From the NCBI RefSeq assembly GCF_964194155.1, contig NC_135887.1:26474001-26538000 (forward strand): a stretch of DNA of 64,000 nucleotides. Direction: 5' to 3'. Every line of letters begins with the position of its first letter. Position 1 is the stretch's first letter. The position numbers and the translations under genes are program-made. The stretch comes from Cetorhinus maximus. Taxonomy: Eukaryota. Positions 38,401 through 50,400 of this stretch are shown here, piece after piece. A model generated the notes under the pieces. The model was not told the DNA's origin and did not search any database. It saw only the letters and a list, made by a program, of their open reading frames with translations.

Positions 38401-41400
38401 GCATGTGTGGGACTGTCCTGTGTTTCTCAACATGTGGGACTGCCCTTTGTTTCTCACTGTGTGGCACTGGCCTGTGTTTCTCAATGTGTGTGCGTGACTG
38501 TCCTGTATATGTACGGACTGTCCTCTGTTTCTCAGCATGTGTGGCACTGGCCTGTGTTTCTCCATGTGTGTGCGCGCGACTGTCCTGTATATGTACGGAC
38601 TGTCCTCTGTTTCTCAGCATGTGTGGGACTGCCCTTTGTTTCTCACTGTGTGGGACTGCCCCGTGTTTCTCTGTGTTTGTGCAACTGTCCTGTGTTTCTC
38701 AGTGTGTGTGGGACTGTCCTGTGTTTTTCAGTGTATGTGCAACTGTCCTGTTATTCTCACTGTGTGGGACTGTCTTGTTATTCTCACTGTGTAGGACTGA
38801 CCTGTTATTCTCACTGTGTGGGACTGTCCTGTTATTCTCACTGTGTGGGACTGTCCTGTTATTCTCACTGTGTGGGACTGTCCTGTTATTCTCACTGTGT
38901 GGGACTGTCCTGTTATTCTCACTGTGTGGGACTGTCCTATGTTTCTTACAGTGTGGTACTCTCTTGTGTTTCTCAGCATGTGGGACTGTCCTGTGTTTAT
39001 TTTTATTCATTCATGGGCTGTGGGCATCGCTGGCTGAACCAGCATTTATTGCCCATCCCTAGTTGCCTTTGAGAAGGTGGTGATGAGCTTCCTTCTTGAA
39101 TCGCTGCAGTCCATGTGGTGTAGGTACACCCACAGTGCCGGTAGGGAGGGAGTTCCAGGATTTTGACCTAGCGACAGTGAAGGAACGGCGATAAATTTCC
39201 AAGTCAGGATGGTGAGTGTCCTGTGTTTCTCAGCATGTGTGGGGCTGTCCTGTGTTTCTCAGCGTGTGTGTGACTGTCCTGTGTTTCTCAGCATGTGTGG
39301 GGCTGTCCTGTGTTTCTCAGCATGTGTGGGGCTGTCCTGTGTTTCTTAGCGTGTGTGGGACTTTCCTGTGTTTCTCAGTGTGTGTGGGACTGTCCTGTGT
39401 TTCTCAGCGTGTGTGGGACTGTCCTGTGTTTCTCAGCATGTGTGGGACTGTCCTGTGTTTTTTCAGCGTGTGTGGGACTGTCCTGTGTTTCTCAGCGTGT
39501 GTGGGACTGTCCTGTGTTTCTCAGCGTGTGTGGGACTGTCCTGTGTTTCTCAGCGTGCGTGGGACTGTCCTGTGTTTCTCAGCGTGTATGGGACTGTCCT
39601 GTGTTTCTCAGCGTGTGTGGGACTGTCCTGTGTTTCTCAGCGTGTGTGGGACTGTCCTGCGTTTCCAACATTGTGAGATCATGCTATACCTTTCCTTGTG
39701 TTCTGTGTCTCTTTTCTCCTGCCACAGTTTGATGGCCGTACACAGGACCCGGGGCTGTACGGCCTGATGCATCGATCTGTCACAAGACTGCTAGAGGAGA
39801 TCAGTAATAAGGAACAGGCATTCACACTGAGTGCCTCATACCTGGAGATTCACAACGAGCAGGTATCTGACTGAAAAGCAGGGAGATGCACGCAACGAGG
39901 TTGTGGGAGGGCTGCATTAATACCCCCACCTCCCCATAACCAAGGAGAGGCAGATATTACATTGCTTCAGTGAATCATTGTGTGTGCAATCAGTCTGCCA
40001 AATCACGGGCAAGTTCACAGTCACTGGATCACTCGAACCCTGTTCATGCATGGTGTTAGGGTACTCTGTGTTCCCAGGCTTAGCAGCAGTGAAGCTCGAT
40101 TTGGCCTCAGTTGAATTGTAAATGTCAGCCCACGTTCTCAGTCCCCAGTGACGCTGTCTGGAATCATCTGCCATTCCCCTGTGGTACAATAGCTTCCCAG
40201 CACACATTATCCCGACTCACATGAACAACAACTAGCTGTGAGAGTCACTGTCTGTAGTAACTGTCACCCAGTGAGAGTCAGCACCTTCAGGAACTGCCCC
40301 CCAGTGAGAGTCAGCACCTTCAGGAACTGTCCCCCAGTGAGAGTCAGCACCTTCAGGAACTGCCCCCCAGTGAGAGTCAGCACCTTCAGGAACTGACCCC
40401 CAGTGAGAGTGAGCACCTTCAGGAACTGCCCCCCAGTGAGAGTCAGCACCTTCAGGAACTGCCCCCCAGTGAGAGTCCACACCTTCAGGAACTGCCCCCC
40501 AGTGAGAGTCAGCACCTTCAGGAACTGTCCCCCAGTGAGAGTGAGCACCTTCAGGAACTGCCCCCCAGTGAGAGTCAGCACCTTCAGGAACTGTCCCCCA
40601 GTGAGAGTCAGCACCTTCAGGAACTGTCCCCCAGTGAGAGTCAGCACCTTCAGGAACTGTCCCCCAGTGAGAGTCAGCACCTTCAGGAACTGCCCCCTAG
40701 TGAGAGTCAGCACCTTCAGGAACTGTCCCCCAGTGAGAGTCAGCACCTTCAGGAACTATCCCCCAGTGAGAGTCAGCACCTTCAGGAACTGCCCCCCAGT
40801 GAGAGTCCGCACCTTCAGGAACTGCCCCCCAGTGAGAGTCAGCACCTTCAGGAACTGTCCCCCAGTGAGAGTCAGCACCTTCAGGAACTGTCCCCCAGTG
40901 AGAGTCAGCACCTTCAGGAACTGCCCCCCAGTGAGAGTCAGCACCTTCAGGAACTGACCCCCAGTGAGAGTCAGCACCTTCAGGAACTGTCCCCCAGTGA
41001 GAGTCAGCACCTTCAGGAACTGCCCCCCAGTGAGAGTCAGCACCTTCAGGAACTGTCCCCCAGTGAGAGTCAGCACCTTCAGGAACTGTCCCCCAGTGAG
41101 AGTCAGCACCTTCAGGAACTGTCCCCCAGTGAGAGTCAGCACCTTCAGGGACTGTCCCCCAGTGAGAGTCAGCACCTTCAGGGACTGTCCCCCAGTGAGA
41201 GTCAGCACTTTCAGGAACTGCCCCCCAGTGAGTGTCAGCACCTTCAGGAACTGTCCCCCAGAGAGAGTCAGCACCTTCAGGAACTGTCCCCCAGTGAGAG
41301 TCAGCACCTTCAGGAACTGTCCCCCAGTGAGAGTCAGCACCTTCAGGAACTGTCCCCCAGTGAGAGTCAGCACCTTCATGAATTTTCCCCCAGTGAGAGT

Positions 41401-44400
41401 CAGCACCTTCAGGAACTGCCCCCCCAGTGAGAGTCAGCACCTTCAGGAACTGCCCCCCAGTGAGAGTCAGCACCTTCAGGAACTGCCCCCCAGTGAGAGT
41501 CAGCACCTTCAGGAACTGTCTCCCAGTGAGAGTCAGCACCTTCAGGAACTGTCTCCCAGTGAGAGTCAGCACCTTCAGGAACTGTCCCCCAGTGAGAGTC
41601 AGCACCTTCAGGAACTGTCCCCCAATGAGAGTCAGCACCTTCATGGGATGAGTAGATTTCCAGTGTATTTGGCAAAATGTGAAACAGGAAATTCTGACAT
41701 TGGATAGGAAGAGAACGTGGTCAGTTCTGGGAGGGAGTTTGATCTTTGAAATCTGCGTTTTCTGCTTCTGAACTTCTGTGCTTCTCTGGCATTGTTTGAG
41801 GTGGTGTCGATTTATAACATTTCCTGTTTTAACTTTGACTAGGTCCATGACCTTCTGAACCCTCAGATCCCTGACTCACTTCCTCTCCGCTGGCGTAAAG
41901 ACAGGGGGTTCCATGTGGAAAATCTTCGCACTGTGAAGTTTGATAATCTTGATGGAATCCTGGCTGTCATTGGAGAAGGTGATCTGTGTGTCGTATATCA
42001 TTGTGACAAAGAATCCATTGAGATAGACCTCTGGACCACCATTCTACAGAACAAACTAATTCCACTGCCCCAGTCTCTCCCCATAGCCCTGCATCAATCC
42101 CAAACTAATCCCATTGACCCGCTCTTACCCCATAGCCCTATACCAATCCCAAACTAATCCCACTGACCTGCTCTCACCCCATAGCCCTATACCAATCCCA
42201 AACTAATCCCACTGACCCACCCTCACCCCATAGCCCTATACCAATCCCAAACTAATCCCACTGATCCACTCTCACCCCATAGCCCTATACCAATCCAAAA
42301 CTAATCCCACTGTCACACTCTCCATAACCCTGTATCAATTCCAAACCAATCCCACTGCCCCACTCTCTCACATTAGCCCTGTATCAATCCCAAACTAATC
42401 TCACTCTCCTGCTATCTCCCCATATCCCTGTATCAATCCAAATGATCCTACTTCTCAACTCTCTCCCCATTATCCTTAATCGATCCCAAACTAATCCCAC
42501 TGACCCACTCTCTCCCCATACCCTGTATCAATCCAAACTAATCTGACTGTCCCGCTCTCTCCCCTTCATGCTATATCTATCCCAAACTAATCCCACTGGC
42601 CCCTCTCGCTCCCCATAGTCCTGTATCAATCCTAATTTAATCCCACTGTCCTGCTCTCACTCCATAGCTCTGTATAAATCTTGAACTAACCCCACTGCCC
42701 AACTCTCTCCCCATCGCCCTGCATCAATCCCAAACTAATCCCACGGCCCTGCTCTCTCCCCATAGTCCTGTATGAATCTCAAACTAATCCCCCTACCCCA
42801 CTCTCTCCCCATAGCCCTGTATCATTACCAAACTAATCCCACTGCCCCACTCTCTCCCATTAGCCCTGTATCAATCCCGAACTAATCCCACTCCCCTGCT
42901 ATCTCCCTATATCAATCCAAATTATCCTACTTCCCCACTCTCTCTCCATGATTCTTAATCAATCCCAAACTAATCCCGCTGCCCTGCTCTCTCCCCATAG
43001 CCCTGTATGAATCCCAAACTAATCCCACTACCCTGCTCTCCCCATAGCCTTGTATCAATCCCAAAATAATCCTACTGTCCTACTCTCTCTCCATAACTCT
43101 GTATCAATCTCAATCTAATCCCACTGCTCTGCTCTCTCCTAATAGCCCTATAAAAGTCCCAAACTAATCCCACTGTCCCACTTTCTCCCCATTCCCCTGT
43201 ATGAATCCGAAACTAAGACCACAGCCTTGATTTCTCTCCATAGTTCTGTGTTAATCCCTAACTTCAGCTGATAAGTGACAAGTAACATTCACGCCACACA
43301 AGTGCCAAGAAATGACCATCTCCAAGAGAATCTAACCATCGCCCTTGATGTTCAACGGCATTACCATCACTGAATCCCCCACTAACAACATCCTGGGGGT
43401 TACCATTGACCAGAAACTGAACTGGACTAGTCATATAAATACTGTGGCTACAAGAGCAGGACAGAGGCTAGGAATCCTGCAGTGAGTAACTCACCTCCTG
43501 ACTCCCCAAAGCCTGTCCACCATCTACAAGGTACAAGTCAGGAGTGTGATGGAATACTCCCCACTTGCCTGGTTGAGTGCAGCTCCCACAACACTCAAGA
43601 AGTTCAACACTGTCCAGGACAAAGCAGCCCACTTGATTGGCACCCCATCCAAAAACATTCACTCCCTCCACCACCAACGCATAGTAGCGGCAGTGTGTAC
43701 CATTTACAAGATGTACTGTAGAAACCTTCCAAACCCAGGACCACTACCATCTAGAAGGACAAGGGAAGCAGATAGATGGGAACACCACCACCTGGAAGTT
43801 CCCCTCCAAGTCACTAACCATCCTGACTTGGAAATATATCGCCATTCCTTCACTGTCGCTGGGTCAAAATCCTGGAACTCCCTCTCTAACAGCACTGTGG
43901 GTGTACCTACACCACATGGACTGCAGCGGTTCAAGAAGGCAGCTCATCACCACCTTCTTAAGGGCAACTAGGGATGGGCAATAAATGCAACTCCAGCCAG
44001 CGAAGCCTACATCCTCGGAATGGTTAAATAAAAACTGATCCCACTGCCTTGCTCTTTATTCTGAGCTCTGTGCTGGGAGCATGGACACTCTGAACACTGG
44101 GACTGAGGCTTTATGTTGAAGTTGCTCTGATATTAACGAGACCTACCTGTGTTTTTGTTCTCAGGGATGAGAAACAGACAAACCTCAGCTCACTGCCTGA
44201 ACAGTGAGTCCAGCCGGAGTCACTGCATCCTGACTGTCGAAATCGGGATTGGGCCGGTGAGGAGTGGGGTGGGAAGGGCAGGGGTGGAGTGGGGAGGGCA
44301 GGGGTGGAGTGGGGAGGGATGGAGAGAGGAAGAGTGGGATAGGGAGGGATGGGGAGGGGAGGAGTGGGATAGGGAGGGGAAGAATGGGATAGGGAGGGAT

Positions 44401-47400
44401 GGAGAGGGGTGGAGTGGGATAGGGAGGGGAGGGGTGGAGTGGGATAGGGAGGGATGGGGAGGGGAGGAGTGGGATAGGGAGGGATGGGGATAGGGAGGAG
44501 TGGGATAGGGAGGGTTGGGGAGGGGAGGTGTGGGATAGGGAGGGGAAGAATGGGATAGGGAGGGATGGAGGGGGAGGAGTGGGATAGGGAGGGGAGGAGT
44601 GGGATAGGGAGGGATGGGGAGTGGAGGAGTGCGATAGGGAGGGATGGAGAGGGGAGGAGTGGGATAGAGAGGGTTGGGGAGGGGAGGAGTGGGATAGGGA
44701 GGGATGGGGAGGGGAGGAGTGGAAAAGGGAGGGTTGGGGAGGGGAGGAGTGGGAAAGGGAGGGATGGGGAGGGGAGGAGTGGAGTGGGGAAGTGTTGCAA
44801 GTGAGGTTCACTGCCCTCCCCTCAGTAAGTTCAGACACTCATAGCCCAGGACTTTCTGAACTTAGTCACCATCTTGTAGTAATAAAGGGCTAGTCTCTCT
44901 CTCTCCGTCTGTGCTGAGGGCTAGGGAGACCTTTCCCAACCGCACTCCGTCCGTTCCCTAACTGGCAATTCCCCAAAACTGCTCCTCACCAGTCTGGCTG
45001 CTGTGTCCTGCTCCATGACTGTCCCCCTGCAGTTACAACAGTCAAGGTATCATTACAGGGGCCTCTTTAAAGGAGGAAGTAATGAGGGAGCAGTGATTAG
45101 TGGAGTGACCCTGACTCTCAACACTCTCCACCATCCCTGAAGGCTGAGTCAGTGTGTTAAGCCTGATGAGGACCAACTTTGGCTGTGATGCTTCTGATTG
45201 TCAAATAGCCAGCAGAGACTTGCACCTGAAGAATAGGCAGTGGGGGCGGGGCTGGGATATCAGAGAATTAGGGTATGAGGGTGTTGGTGTGCAGAGTTGG
45301 GGGGTGGGGAACGCAGTGGGGGGTGCAGTGAAATAGTGAGAGTAGCAGATGTTCCTGTGAGAGTCAGGAAGAGTTAACATGTTGCTCCGGTAACTGCAGA
45401 GGCTGCAACGCCTGTGACACATGTGCAGCAACAGCAACAAACCTTGCTCAGAGATCGATCAGACAGTGCTGCGTCTAATATGATTGAAAGTCAATCATTG
45501 AATGAATACTGCTGCCCATTTTAACCGAGACAAACAGAATGGGAATCTTACAACATCTACCGCAATGAGCTTTATTTTGCTGCCACATATTTTCACTCAT
45601 TCCTGTTTCTTTTTGCACCTCCCCGCCCCATGAAATCAGTCTAAGTGAACCCAGTATGGAAAGCAGCAACACTAACTATGTGTTTATCTGGCCAGGGTAC
45701 CAAGACCTTCAGTGTCTTTTCATATTTAGCACTATCTGTGATAATGCTTTGAAGCAAAGTTTATGCTTCAAAGCATAAAAAATTCATTTCAAATTGCACT
45801 TCTGAAGATTCTGTTATCATCGTTGGGCATCTTAGATGAGGTTATCCTTGGTCAGGTTTGATAGAGGCTGCTGGAGGCAAGGCTGTTGGTCAACTTTACC
45901 TTTTATTGAACATTCTACTAACTGTACAGTACAGGCTTAGCACAAGGCTTCACATAGTACCATCTCTCAGCATACTCTGTTGTCATGTGGTCTTACATCA
46001 CTAATGATGAAGACTGTCTATTTACATATTTAGCATTAACTCTTATAGTACAAAGTGGAGGCAGGGAGTTGAGGTGAAAGATGGCAAAGTGGAGTTGAGA
46101 CAACAACCAGATCAACCATGATCTTATTGAATGGCAGAGCAGCTTCAAAGGGCTGAATGGCCTATGCCTGCTCCTAAGTCCAATGTTCCCAGACATTTGC
46201 CCCAAATATACAAGGAGTGAGAGAGACATGAGTGCTCAGGATAGGGGTTGGTGTGGGGGGTCAGTGTAGGGGGTCGGGACGGGGGTCAGTGTGGGGGGTC
46301 GGGACAGGGGTTGGCATGGGGGGTCGGTGTGGGGGGTCGGGACGGGGGTCAGTGTGGGGGGTCGGGACAGGGGTTGGCATGGGGGGTCGGTGTGGGGGGT
46401 CGGGATGGAGGTCAGTGTGGGGGGGGGTCAGGGCAGGGGTTGGCATGGGGGGTCGGTGTGGGGGGTCGGGACGGGGGTCAGTGTTGGGGGGGTCGGTGTG
46501 GGGGGGTTGGAACGGGGGTCGGTGTGGGGGGTTGGGACGGGGGTCAGTGTTGGGGGGGTCAGGGCAGGGGTCGGTGTGGGGGGGTTGGAACGGGGGTCGG
46601 TGTAGGGGGTTGGGACGGGGGTCGGTGTGGGGGGTTGGGAGGGGGGTCGGTGTGGGGGGTTGGGACGGGGGTCGGTGTGGGGGGTCGGGACGGGGATCGG
46701 TGTCGGGGGTCGGTGAGGGTTGGGGGTCGGGACGGGGATCGGTGTCGGGGGTCGATGAGGGTCCTGGGTGAGGTCGGGAAGGGGCTGGGCTGGGGGTAAC
46801 CACCAATGATGTCTGTGTCTCTGGTGGACCTGGTGCCAGTGGAGTGCACAATGCCCGATTGACAGACAGATCCAGTATTGAATCAGTGGGATTCTGTGCA
46901 GGTGGATCCCAGAAACGGCTCCAACTCCTCCAAATGGGGAAAGCTGCGATTTGTCGACCTGGCTGGCAGTGAAAGGGTTAAAGAGACAGGAGCATCAGAC
47001 AAAACGCTTATGGAAGCAACGGCCATCAACCGCAGTCTGCTAGCACTGGGTAAGAACATGAGCAGTGCCACCTACACATAGGGATGCACTTAACTTTGCC
47101 TATTTAAGCAAACCTCTAACATCAGGTTCGAAAGACTCAATGTGCTAAGTACAGAATGGGTTAATATTGAACTGGTCTCCCTGTTCCACAGGGAATTGCA
47201 TCATGGCACTGGTCGATCCCAAGAGGAACAATCACATCCCCTACAGAGACAGCAAACTCACCAAACTGCTGGCAGACTGCCTAGGGGGCAACGGAGTCTG
47301 TTTAATGGTAAAAATCTCTTTTGACCTGGTCTCCAGTTCTAACACTCACTGTTACACAGGAACTTGCTGCACCTCTGTTTCTCCCTCTCTCTGCCTTTGA

Positions 47401-50400
47401 CTCTGGCACTCCCTCCCCAACAATGAAATAACTCTGTTTCCTGTTCAATTATAGATTGCTTGTGTCTCTCCCTCACCTCTCAGCCTCATGGACACCATGA
47501 ACACATTGCGATTTGCAAGTAGGGCTCGGAAGATAAGGAACAAGCCTGCAGTGTGCATGGTAAATACAGCTTTAGATATCGGTCTGGCGGGGGGAGGGCA
47601 CATGGACAGCAGCCCAGGTGTGGAAGGCGGAGCCACCAGCTGCTCTGGGATGAGAACTATAGAAAAGTTATGGCACAGAAAGAGGCCATTCAGCCCATCG
47701 TGTCTGTGCTGGCCTCTAATAAGTTGTGTGTAGTCATTTAGACCCAGAAGGAAACCATGTGGCAGTGATGTAAGATGAACACACGTGTATCTGATGCTGT
47801 CTTCACTCAGTCTAACAAGCAGGAGACTGAATGTAAAAACTGTGTCAGTCACTATCTGAACCACCTAGAACAGGGGCTTGACTGGTTTGGCTCAATCAGC
47901 TGAGGTGAGAGATGGAGTTACATTGGCTTCAGTGACCTTCACATTCAGCCAGAATCCTGTTCCTAATCGGTGGACAGAGCTGGGGTCTGCACGTCTGACT
48001 CCGCTTAGGACCTCCCAACATTCAAATGTTCGTGTCTGACACTCACAGAAGGGAAGCCGATCACTGATGTTTCAGAGGGTACATTTATCATAGTGAAATC
48101 AGCACCTTAAGGGGAGGAAAGAAATGAACTCTGAGCTTTTGTGGTGACAGGATGCAAAGGATAAAGTGATTAGAAGCTTGCAGCAAGACGCCAAAGAGCT
48201 CTGTGCAGAGAATGCATTCCTGTGGCGGCCCTTCCAGCTTCTGTCACCCGGCACTGCGTGTCCAGGACACAACACAAGACTCCATCAATCCACAAACAGT
48301 GAGTGAGATTCAGCAAAACCTACAGGCTGAGAGTGATTAATGTTAAAGCAGCTGCATTCGGCACCAGACCTGCGGATTGCCGGGTCCTCAATGTTTTTAT
48401 TCCCTGGGGCCACTGCACAATTGAGATAATTTACAGAATTCTGTTTCATAATTTACCATAGTGAGTCATAATTGCAAGTTCAGTAGCAGAATTTCTACAC
48501 TATCACAGCAAATATTAATTGGTGACAGGACAGCGTAGAGGGAGCTTTACTATGTACCTAACTCTGTGTTGTACCTGTCCTGGGAGTGTTTGATGGGGAC
48601 AGTGTAGAGGGAGCTTTACTATGTACCTAACTCTGTGTTGTACCTGTCCTGGGAGTGTTTGATGGGGACAGTGTAGAGGGAGCTTTACTCTGTATCTAAC
48701 CCCGTGCTGTACCTGTCCTGGGAGCGTTTGATGGGGACAGTGTAGAGGGAGCTTTACTCTGTATCTAACCCCGTGCTGTACCTGTCCTGGGAGTGTTTGA
48801 TGGGGACAGTGTAGAGGGAGCTTTACTCTGTATCTAACCCCGTGCTGTACCTGCCCTGGGAGCGTTTGATGGGGACGGTGTAGAGGGAGCTTTACTCTGT
48901 ATCTAACCCTGTGCTGTACCTGCCCTGGGAATGTTTAATGGGGACAGTGTAGAGGGAGCTTTACTCTGTATCTAACCCTGTGTTGTACCTGCCCTGGGAA
49001 TGTTTAATGGGGACAGTGCAGAGGGAGCTTTACTATGTATCTAACCCCATGCTGTACCTGTCCTGGGAGTGTTTGATGGGGACAGTGTAGAGGGAGCTTT
49101 ACTATGTATCTAACCCCGTACTGTACCTGTCCTGGGAGTGTTTGATGGGGACAGTGTAGAGGGAGCTTTACTCTGTATCTAACCCCGTGCTGTACCTGTC
49201 CTGGGAGTGTTTGATGGGGACAGTGTAGAGGGAGCTTTACTCTGTGTCTAACCCTGTGCTGTACCTGTCCTGGGTGTGTTTGATGGGGACAGTGTAGAGG
49301 GAGCTTTACTCTGTATCTAACCCCGTACTGTACCTGTCCTGGGAGTGTTTGATGGGGACAGTGTAGAGGGAGCTTTACTCTGTTTATAGCTTGTTTACAT
49401 TATGTAAAATTGCTGAGTTTTTCTTATAGATTTGACTGTAACAGAAACCGGGGAGAGAAGGGGTTTTTCTCTACTGCCGTCATCAGAAGACTCTCTGTAC
49501 TGGATGCTGCAGGAATTTCTGTGGGAGAATGAGAGCCTGAGGTTTGTAAAACAAGAATGTGAATTGTGCAGCATTGGAGAGGGAAGCACCCCGAAGGATG
49601 TCCATCCAGCTTTATACGAGCAGAGAATTTGGACTTATTGCATATTCTTTCAAAGATCTAGCACAGGCACGATGGGCCAAGTGGCCTCCACCTGAGCTGT
49701 ATGATTCAATGATAATTGGGATGGATTAATCCAAGCGCAAGGAGCTCATGGATTTCTTTGGACTGTCTCGATCTTAGTGACAATCAGCTGCCTCTGCTGC
49801 TTCCATCCACAGGGGTCTGTGCTGGGGCCCCAACTTCATACGATTTACATCAATGACTTAGATGAGGGCAGTGAAGACATGGTAGTTAAATTGCAGATGA
49901 CACAAAGATAGGTAGGAAAGTATGTTGTGAAGAGGACATAAGGAGTTTGGAGACAGATATAGATAAGTTGAGTGAGGGGCAAAAATCTGGCAGATGGAGT
50001 ATAATGTGGGAAAAAGCAGAATATTACTTAAATGGAGAACGACTGCAGAATTCTGAAGTGGAAAGGGATCTAGGTGCTCCAGTACACGAGTCACAAAAAA
50101 GTTAGTACGCAGGTGCTGCAAGTAATCATGGCGGCTAATGGAATGCTATCTTTATTATGAGAGGATTATGAGAGGAATTGAACATAAAAGTAAGGCTCTG
50201 AAGAAGGGTCATACGGACTCGAAACGTTAACTCTGTTTCTCTCTCCACAGATGCTGTCAGACCTGCTGAGTTTTTCCAGCGTTTTCTGTTTTCATTTCAG
50301 ATTTCCAGCATCCGTAGTATTTTGCTTTTATAAAAGTAAGGATGTTATGCTTCAGTTATACAGGTGAGACTGCATCTCCAATACTGTGTGCAGTTTTGGT

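Noticed and set aside
34404-41848. Many long ORFs (130-450 aa) in tandem arrays
   Set aside because: Periodic translations of 22/29/30/33-bp repeats lying in introns of the kinesin gene.
44257-46796. Immunoglobulin switch-like G-rich regions
   Set aside because: No Ig exons or AGCT-rich motifs; ordinary G-rich intronic repeats.
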